From Sulfurovum sp. (GTDB lineage: Bacteria; Campylobacterota; Campylobacteria; Campylobacterales; Sulfurovaceae): 64,000 nt of DNA. Every line of letters starts with the position of its first letter. Within the stretch, counting starts at the first letter, position 1. The DNA lies in assembly GCA_002733215.1 (NCBI GenBank), contig NVUY01000015.1, forward strand, positions 324 through 64,323, written 5' to 3'. The notes below the pieces were generated by a model. It had not been told where the DNA came from, did no database searches, and worked only from the letters and a program-made list of their open reading frames with translations. Positions 57,875 to 64,000 of this stretch are shown piece after piece. A program made the translations under genes and the position numbers.

Positions 57875-58492
57875 ATGGATAGAAGAGACTTTTTACTTGC
57901 ATCGGGGATCATGCTAGTCTCCGCATCTGCATATAGTTTTGGTGAGAGTATGAAACCCTTGATCGGTGCTAAGTCAGAAAAGGTCGCATTGATCTATGGT
58001 ACCAGATATGGTGCAACAGAAGATACTGCCCAATGGATAGCCAAAGGGATGGATAGCAATGTAGATGTTCTTAATGTTGAAACTATTGATCTTGATGAGA
58101 CTGTCTCTAAGTATGATAAGATCATTATCGGTTCGGGTATCTGGATCGATGGGGCACATAAGCGTCTAATGGAACTGCTCTCCACGCATAAAAAGAAAAT
58201 TCAGCCAAAGATCATTGCTTCGTTTATCGTTTGTGGAACTACGGGAGAGGATGAAGCCGGTAAGCTTAGGATAGAGGGGTATTTTAAACGTTTTCATGAA
58301 CCATTAACTGTCAAACCAAAGATTCAGAGACATTTTGGTGGGAGAATGCTCATTGATAAGTTAAGTGAAAAAGATAGAAAGATTTTGGATAATTTCTATA
58401 CCAATGTTTTGAAAAAAGAGTTTGTAAGCTGGGACAGAACACAGCCGGAAGAGGCTGAAAAGTTCGGAAAAGAATTTCTTATAAATAATTAA
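57875..58492 (+). CDS. Tat-exported flavodoxin-domain protein (HemG-like fold)
   Basis: DRRDFL signal; YGTRYGAT FMN loop. Confidence 0.85.
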   Translation: MDRRDFLLASGIMLVSASAYSFGESMKPLIGAKSEKVALIYGTRYGATEDTAQWIAKGMDSNVDVLNVETIDLDETVSKYDKIIIGSGIWIDGAHKRLMELLSTHKKKIQPKIIASFIVCGTTGEDEAGKLRIEGYFKRFHEPLTVKPKIQRHFGGRMLIDKLSEKDRKILDNFYTNVLKKEFVSWDRTQPEEAEKFGKEFLINN

Positions 58493-58618
58493 AGTTGCCC
58501 TTCAATGCCATTAAGTTAAGAGAATAATGTAGCAAGGGGATGCGACTTCAGTCGTATGTCAGCGACTGAAGTCGCTGCTCCAAAAGTGATTCACTGAATG
58601 GTGTTGGAGGTTCTCTTT
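58493..58618. repeat. nested palindromic element, copy 2
   Basis: CAATGCCATTAAGTTAAG (58503-58520); GCGACTTCAGTCG / GCGACTGAAGTCGCTGCTCC; right end ACTGAATGGTGTTGGAGG. Confidence 0.8.
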
Positions 58619-59180
58619 AGTCTATCTCTAAAACTGAATAGACAGGCGCAGAGATACCTTCTCGACCGTTTAAGAACCCAAGTTCCATGATAAAGCATAC
58701 TTCTACGCAGTGTGCACCTACTTTATCTATGAGGCTTGCAGCAGCTTTGGCTGTGCCGCCGGTGGCTATGAGATCGTCTATAAGTAGGACTTTGGATCTG
58801 CTTCCTGTTGTGCAGCATCCATTTTCACCAAAAGCATCTATATGTATCTCTACTTCATCAAAACCATACTCCAGGCTGTACTTTTCGGCAACTGTTGTGT
58901 AAGGCAGTTTCCCTTTTTTTCGAACAGGCACAAAACCTACACCCAGTCTGTCAGCAAGGGCGGCACCAAAGATGAAGCCTCTTGCGTCAATTCCTGCGAT
59001 GTAATCAAGTTCATATCCCAAGTAGCGATTGCTTAAATGATCCATAAGTGTATTAAATGCTTGAGGATTACCTAACATAGTTGTAATATCTTTAAAGATA
59101 ATTCCGGGTTTTGGGAAGTCTGGGATGTCTCTTATGCTTCCTAAGATGATGTCTTTTTCTTCTATAGTTAGGGTGCTCAT
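58617..59180 (-). CDS. apt: adenine phosphoribosyltransferase
   Basis: [13 protein letters not shown] and [10 protein letters not shown]. Confidence 0.97.
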   Translation of the reverse strand: MSTLTIEEKDIILGSIRDIPDFPKPGIIFKDITTMLGNPQAFNTLMDHLSNRYLGYELDYIAGIDARGFIFGAALADRLGVGFVPVRKKGKLPYTTVAEKYSLEYGFDEVEIHIDAFGENGCCTTGSRSKVLLIDDLIATGGTAKAAASLIDKVGAHCVEVCFIMELGFLNGREGISAPVYSVLEID

Positions 59181-59229
59181 TTTATTTAACTTCCTTTTAC
59201 TTTGATCGTGGTGGTGTTTCTCTCTTCTA

Positions 59230-59416
59230 CCCCAAGGGCACTTCCTTACTTCGTTCACGGCGTTTTTTTAGAAAAAACGAAGCAAAAAATCGTCACAACT
59301 CTCGAATCGCTCCGCTTATACGGTCGTTCGTTGTGACAGGGCACGCTTTGCGTGATTAATGCTTAATTGCTTACGCGGGGTTCTTCTCGTTCTCACGTTG
59401 AACGTGGGAATGCATA
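59230..59416. repeat. structured intergenic cluster ending in a CTCGTT-type REP
   Basis: Hairpins CGTTTTTT/AAAAAACG, GTCACAAC/GTTGTGAC and CACGC/GCGTG; REP at 59386-59416. Confidence 0.6.
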
Positions 59417-59419
59417 TAT

Positions 59420-59884
59420 CTATCCTAGATCTGAACCGACTGCACAGCCTTCTATTTTGGCTACACGTCCGGCATGTCTGCCACCTTCAAATTCTGTAGA
59501 GGCAAAGGCTTCTATCATGTCTTCTATGACGCCTTTACCTACAACACGTTCACCGAAACATAAAATGTTTGCATCGTTGTGTTGTCTGGTAAGCTTGGCT
59601 GTGTAGTGGTCGTGACAGAGGGCAGCACGGATACCGGGTACTTTGTTGGCCGATATGGAGATGCCGATGCCTGTTCCACAGATCAGGATGCCAAAGCTTC
59701 CTTCATCTGCAATCACCGCATTTGCACATTTTTTGGCAAAATCCGGGTAGTCTACTCTGTCTGCAGAATCTGGTCCAAGATCAATGATCTCATGTCCCAA
59801 AGAGGTGACGTAGTCTTTTACGTAAGCTTTCAGGGCATATCCTGCGTGGTCTGTTGCGATGTAAAATTTCTTAAGATTCGACAT
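59420..59884 (-). CDS. rpiB: ribose-5-phosphate isomerase B
   Basis: DHAG, CGTGIG, HNDAN and FEGGRH. Confidence 0.96.
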   Translation of the reverse strand: MSNLKKFYIATDHAGYALKAYVKDYVTSLGHEIIDLGPDSADRVDYPDFAKKCANAVIADEGSFGILICGTGIGISISANKVPGIRAALCHDHYTAKLTRQHNDANILCFGERVVGKGVIEDMIEAFASTEFEGGRHAGRVAKIEGCAVGSDLG

Positions 59885-59976
59885 TTAGTGCCTCACTGTA
59901 CTGAATTTCACATAAATCATTTAGTGATTTATTGCATTGTATTTTAATACTTATAATTCTTGTCATTCTGCTTCCC

Positions 59977-60948
59977 TTATTCAATAGGTTGTTCCAACTG
60001 TATGGACGAGATCTGTCTTCCTATGCGTCCCCATCGAACAGTATAGCGTTGCTTGTTCCATAATGTTTCACAGGCTTCTGAATCGATCTCAATGTCAGCA
60101 CATAAACGTTTAAGTCCGGCATTGTCTTTTCCTCCACCATGCGCATCACCATAAAGTACACTCTCATAAGATCGGTATTCTAAACTCATATAGATCAACC
60201 AAGGTTTTCCTACGATAAGTTTGTATGGAACAGAACCCCAGAAACGGCTGTCATTAGAGTTATCACGGTTATCACCTATCATATAGAAGTGGTCTGCTTC
60301 CACTTTTGCATAAAGAGCATTAATGCCTTTGCCCCCTATTTCATGCGTTGGTGCATCAAAATCGTCTACATAAACAGGTATCATATCGATCTCTTTATTA
60401 TAGCTGTAATACCGTAAAAGACCCTGAAAAATATCTGTACCCTCCGGGGCATACTGGATACCCAGATATTTTGTCATATAAGGGTTTTCTACCCAAAGTT
60501 TACCTCTGAGTGAAATGATCTTTTCAGCAGGGTAGTTTGCTTTCATATATTCTGCACCTTCATGAAAGTGAATCAGAAGTTTCTCATTTGCATAGAGAAT
60601 TTCATCTCCGCCTACAGCAACACAACGTTTTACATAGTGGATCTTGTTGTTTTTTGGGTAACGGAAGATCACGATATCTTCTCTTTTTGGTCTGGGACCT
60701 TCTATGAGGTGTCCATTGTTATTAAAGTCCGGCAAAAGCGGTATCTCCAACCATGGCAAGTGAGGCGTAGGGATACCGTAGGAAAACTTCGTGGCAAATA
60801 AAAAGTCACCTATGAGCTGTGTTCTTTTCATGGATCCTGAGGGGATGACAAAAGACTGTGCCACAAAGAAAATGAGAAAAAGTACGATAATGATGGTCCC
60901 TGTCCAAGAGCTTGCAAAACGACCTGTATGATGTAAAATTTTTTTCAC
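59977..60948 (-). CDS. lepB: signal peptidase I
   Basis: IPSGSM, YVKR and GDNRDNSNDSRFWG. Confidence 0.96.
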   Translation of the reverse strand: MKKILHHTGRFASSWTGTIIIVLFLIFFVAQSFVIPSGSMKRTQLIGDFLFATKFSYGIPTPHLPWLEIPLLPDFNNNGHLIEGPRPKREDIVIFRYPKNNKIHYVKRCVAVGGDEILYANEKLLIHFHEGAEYMKANYPAEKIISLRGKLWVENPYMTKYLGIQYAPEGTDIFQGLLRYYSYNKEIDMIPVYVDDFDAPTHEIGGKGINALYAKVEADHFYMIGDNRDNSNDSRFWGSVPYKLIVGKPWLIYMSLEYRSYESVLYGDAHGGGKDNAGLKRLCADIEIDSEACETLWNKQRYTVRWGRIGRQISSIQLEQPIE

Positions 60949-61793
60949 TATATTCTTCCTTGTGCGGCTTTAAGTGTATTGCTTAAAAGCATTGCGATGG
61001 TCATGGGACCCACACCGCCTGGTACGGGAGTAATGTATGAACATTTAGGGCTCACATTTTCAAAATCGACATCACCCACAAGTGAACCGTTCTCTGTGCG
61101 GTTGATACCGATGTCTATGACGATGGCTCCTTCTTTTACCATATCTGCCTTGATGAGTCCGGGCACACCCACACCAACCACAACGATGTCAGCTTTGGAA
61201 GTATGTGCCTTAAGATCTTTAGTGAAGATATGTGTGATGGTCACAGTCGCTTCTGCATTGAGAAGCAGGGCAGCCATAGGCTTACCCACAATGTTAGAGG
61301 CACCTACCACACAGACATCCTTACCTTTGACGTCTATGTGATACTCTTCAAACATTTTCATCACACCAAGAGGCGTACAGGCTACAAAACTTTCAAGACC
61401 TGTGACCAAACGTCCTACATTGTAGGCATGAAAACCGTCTACATCTTTTTTAGGGTCTATCACTTCAAGAATCTTGTCAGTATCCACATGTTTAGGCAAA
61501 GGCAATTGTACCAATATTCCATCTATGCGTGGATTACCGTTCATCATCTCTATGGTCGCGATGATCTCATCCTGGCTTATGGTGTCAGGCATGCTGTGTG
61601 TGATGGAGTAAAAACCTACATTTTCACAGGCTTTTGCTTTCATTTTTACATAGGCATGAGAAGCAGGATCATCACCTATGAGAATGACAGCGAGTCCCGG
61701 AACGATATTTTTTTCCTGTTTGAGCTGTGCGACTTCCGTGCTTACAGTAGACTGCACTTTTTTGGCTAAAGATTTACCATCGATGAGTTGCAT
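60948..61793 (-). CDS. folD: methylenetetrahydrofolate dehydrogenase/cyclohydrolase
   Basis: KDVDGFH, GASNIVGKP and PGGVGPMT. Confidence 0.98.
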   Translation of the reverse strand: MQLIDGKSLAKKVQSTVSTEVAQLKQEKNIVPGLAVILIGDDPASHAYVKMKAKACENVGFYSITHSMPDTISQDEIIATIEMMNGNPRIDGILVQLPLPKHVDTDKILEVIDPKKDVDGFHAYNVGRLVTGLESFVACTPLGVMKMFEEYHIDVKGKDVCVVGASNIVGKPMAALLLNAEATVTITHIFTKDLKAHTSKADIVVVGVGVPGLIKADMVKEGAIVIDIGINRTENGSLVGDVDFENVSPKCSYITPVPGGVGPMTIAMLLSNTLKAAQGRI

Positions 61794-61860
61794 AGAATGC
61801 CCTTATAATTTTTAAGGTATTATATCAAAAATAGTTTAGGGGAGAAAGCGTAGTGTTATT

Positions 61861-62208
61861 ATGAGACGATTATGGATGTTATTACCTCTAATGTTATGGG
61901 GACAGGAAGACTTTATCTCGCACTATGAATACGGTGAAATGCTTTATGCAAATCCCCGGGGGGTAAGTTGTTCTCAGTGTCACGGGAAAAACGGTGAAGG
62001 TCAAATGATCGTTGAATATCGTGATATTCAGGGTAAACAGGTTTTACGAGGTTCAGATATACGCAGAGACAGTCTTGCTGTGATGATCAATGCCGTCAAC
62101 AGCTACCATGAGGTCATGCCGCGTTATTATCTGACGGATGAAGAGGTGGAAGCCATCTATGATTATATTAAGATCAAAAATCAGGAGTATTTACTGAGTT
62201 TTGATTAG
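61861..62208 (+). CDS. monoheme c-type cytochrome
   Basis: CSQCH and distal MP; signal peptide. Confidence 0.88.
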   Translation: MRRLWMLLPLMLWGQEDFISHYEYGEMLYANPRGVSCSQCHGKNGEGQMIVEYRDIQGKQVLRGSDIRRDSLAVMINAVNSYHEVMPRYYLTDEEVEAIYDYIKIKNQEYLLSFD

Positions 62209-62250
62209 AGTAATTGGCTATAATTATCCATACAATTTTAAGGATAATCT

Positions 62251-63684
62251 ATGGAACTTCACAAAACACTCACAACGATGCTTTTAACCGGAGGTTTAAG
62301 TTACGCTTCTTCTTTAGCAGTTTATCAAGATAAAACTTTTTACACCTACACACCTCAAAACAATTTTATAGGTTTTTCCCAAGGACTGAAAGCTAGCTGT
62401 GAAGGAACAACGATACCACTTTCAGGTATGACCCACTGTCCTGAAGAGAGTAGGTTGTGCCAGGAATTGACAAGTCTCAAAAATACAGAAGAAAAAGTGG
62501 CAGCTGTTGTGGCCAATACCAAAGTGTTGTCACAATTGGTCTCTCTGCCTCAGCCCACGACATTTGATGCCAATGCATGGATAGAATCTGCCAAGCGCAT
62601 AGGAGAAGAACAGGCAAGGCTTTTAACGCAAAGAAGAGTCTTGAATGAAGAGCGTGAGTTGAAACAGAGAAACTTCCAAAAACAAGCCCCTACAGAGCAA
62701 GCAGTTCAAATGAATAAAAGTTGTAAAGAAGAAGTAGAACTTAGCATTCCTTATGGCTATGTCTCTTTTTCTACAAGATACGAAGCAAATATCAATGATG
62801 ATAAAGAAGTGACTGTTAGCCAATACCTTTCTATTACAAATCGAAGCGGTATCGATATAGAAGCAGATACGGCGATGTTCTACTATCGTTCAGCCAGGCA
62901 AAATATATATCCGACTCATTTTACTCCATGGATAGTAAGCAAGTATGTTCCCAGACCAACAAGAGTGCGTAAACCAAAAAGTGCCATGAGAAAAGAGATG
63001 AGTATAAATATGGCGATGATGGATGAACAAAGGGTTGAACTGCCGGTGATGGCAGCTGCACCTACAGCTTCGTATGAAGATGCCAGAGAGTATAAGATAA
63101 AAAATCTTACTCTGCCTTCGAGTGGTGTGGCATTGGAGGTACAGGTATTGACATGGAAAGCGGCACTTTCCTGTGAAGTACGTGCTTATCCCTATGTAAA
63201 CCGACAAGCATTTCATGTCTGTTCTTTCACACCGAAATACCAGATAGATGCTAATCACTGGAAAGTAAAGTCTGCAGATGAGGTCATCAATGATAATGCA
63301 GCAGGAGAGTATAGAGACGAACGTTATGCTCTCTATACAAAAGTAGAAGAAGATATAAAGATAGAGCGTAAGCCTATAGTGAAGAGAGAGCGTGAAACGG
63401 GTATCTTTGGCGGCACAGAACGTAAAAAGGACGGCTTTGTTTTAACACTTACAAACAAATCTGATAAAGAAAAAACATTGACGCTTGTAGAACGTATACC
63501 TACCTCTACAACAGAAGAGATCAAAGTAAAACTTTTAAGTATCAAGTCTGAGTTGAAAGTAAACTATAAAATCCTCAAAGACGGACAAATAGAAATGAAA
63601 CTTACATTAGCGCCACATGAAAACAAGAAGATAGAAGTATTGTTTGAGATGGCTTATGATAAAGAGTTAAAAGTGAGTTATTAA
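62251..63684 (+). CDS. DUF4139-type secreted protein
   Basis: Signal peptide, coiled coil, N.SG.D and ERIP.S..E.I.V motifs. Confidence 0.8.
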   Translation: MELHKTLTTMLLTGGLSYASSLAVYQDKTFYTYTPQNNFIGFSQGLKASCEGTTIPLSGMTHCPEESRLCQELTSLKNTEEKVAAVVANTKVLSQLVSLPQPTTFDANAWIESAKRIGEEQARLLTQRRVLNEERELKQRNFQKQAPTEQAVQMNKSCKEEVELSIPYGYVSFSTRYEANINDDKEVTVSQYLSITNRSGIDIEADTAMFYYRSARQNIYPTHFTPWIVSKYVPRPTRVRKPKSAMRKEMSINMAMMDEQRVELPVMAAAPTASYEDAREYKIKNLTLPSSGVALEVQVLTWKAALSCEVRAYPYVNRQAFHVCSFTPKYQIDANHWKVKSADEVINDNAAGEYRDERYALYTKVEEDIKIERKPIVKRERETGIFGGTERKKDGFVLTLTNKSDKEKTLTLVERIPTSTTEEIKVKLLSIKSELKVNYKILKDGQIEMKLTLAPHENKKIEVLFEMAYDKELKVSY

Positions 63685-63795
63685 AAAAGAAGGAAAATTA
63701 AAGGGGATTGATCTGCGGGTCTAAAGCCCGCAAAGCCACTACTAGGAGATAAAGGTGGAAACTGTCCCCTTTAGTATCAGCCTCAGGTGACTTTG

Positions 63796-64000
63796 CTAAT
63801 CTAATTTTTCAAAGTCTGATAATTGCCAAGTCTTGTTAAAAAACGGCTTTTTTGTTCCATAAAATCTAAACCATACAAACCACCCCTCAGAAGCACTTGT
63901 ATTTACCCAGTTCTTTTCAAGACCTTTAGGGGCTTTAGGTCCAAAGTAAAGATCTGCTGAACCATCTTTATTGAGTACCATATTATCAAGGGAGCTTACT
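63796..64000 (-). CDS. DUF1214-domain protein (3' end only)
   Basis: N.DGS.DLYFGP.AP.G.EKNWV.T...WF...RFYG. Confidence 0.85.
   Translation of the reverse strand, partial: VSSLDNMVLNKDGSADLYFGPKAPKGLEKNWVNTSASEGWFVWFRFYGTKKPFFNKTWQLSDFEKLD

Noticed and set aside
1-64000. tRNA, rRNA or tmRNA genes
   Set aside because: No cloverleaf, T-loop-in-context or rRNA signatures found by eye; tRNAscan-SE and Infernal would confirm.

Overview
A 64-kb chromosomal segment from an AT-rich bacterium. Gene content and order (metG-fbp-mobB-slt-yggT-gltX...psd; apt-rpiB-lepB-folD) point to Campylobacterota, probably Sulfurovum-like (inference). Most of it is housekeeping: queC, hemF, fabI, gdhA, metG, fbp, mobB, psd, xth, ychF, hcp with a Crp/Fnr regulator, pepA, dld, trpB, nifJ, apt, rpiB, lepB and folD. 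No rRNA, tRNA, CRISPR array or prophage was recognised. Five things stand out. (1) An intact GluRS2-type gltX has lost its KMSK motif and its Glu-binding residues, and lies about 5 kb from a GlnRS-YqeY gene, suggesting a retained pseudo-synthetase. (2) A pentaheme lipoprotein cytochrome c and a downstream multi-hairpin non-coding region share the same 11-bp direct-repeat promoter motif. (3) At least four families of REP/MITE-like palindromes occur together with a decayed RAYT transposase, including nested elements and a footprint inside higB. (4) A defence/TA islet (AbiTii-like, orphan antitoxin, HigBA) is partly bracketed by a 39-bp duplication of the glnS upstream region. (5) A GGDEF-EAL gene is split by one base in a T8 tract. 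All functional calls come from motif recognition by eye; no database searches were run.
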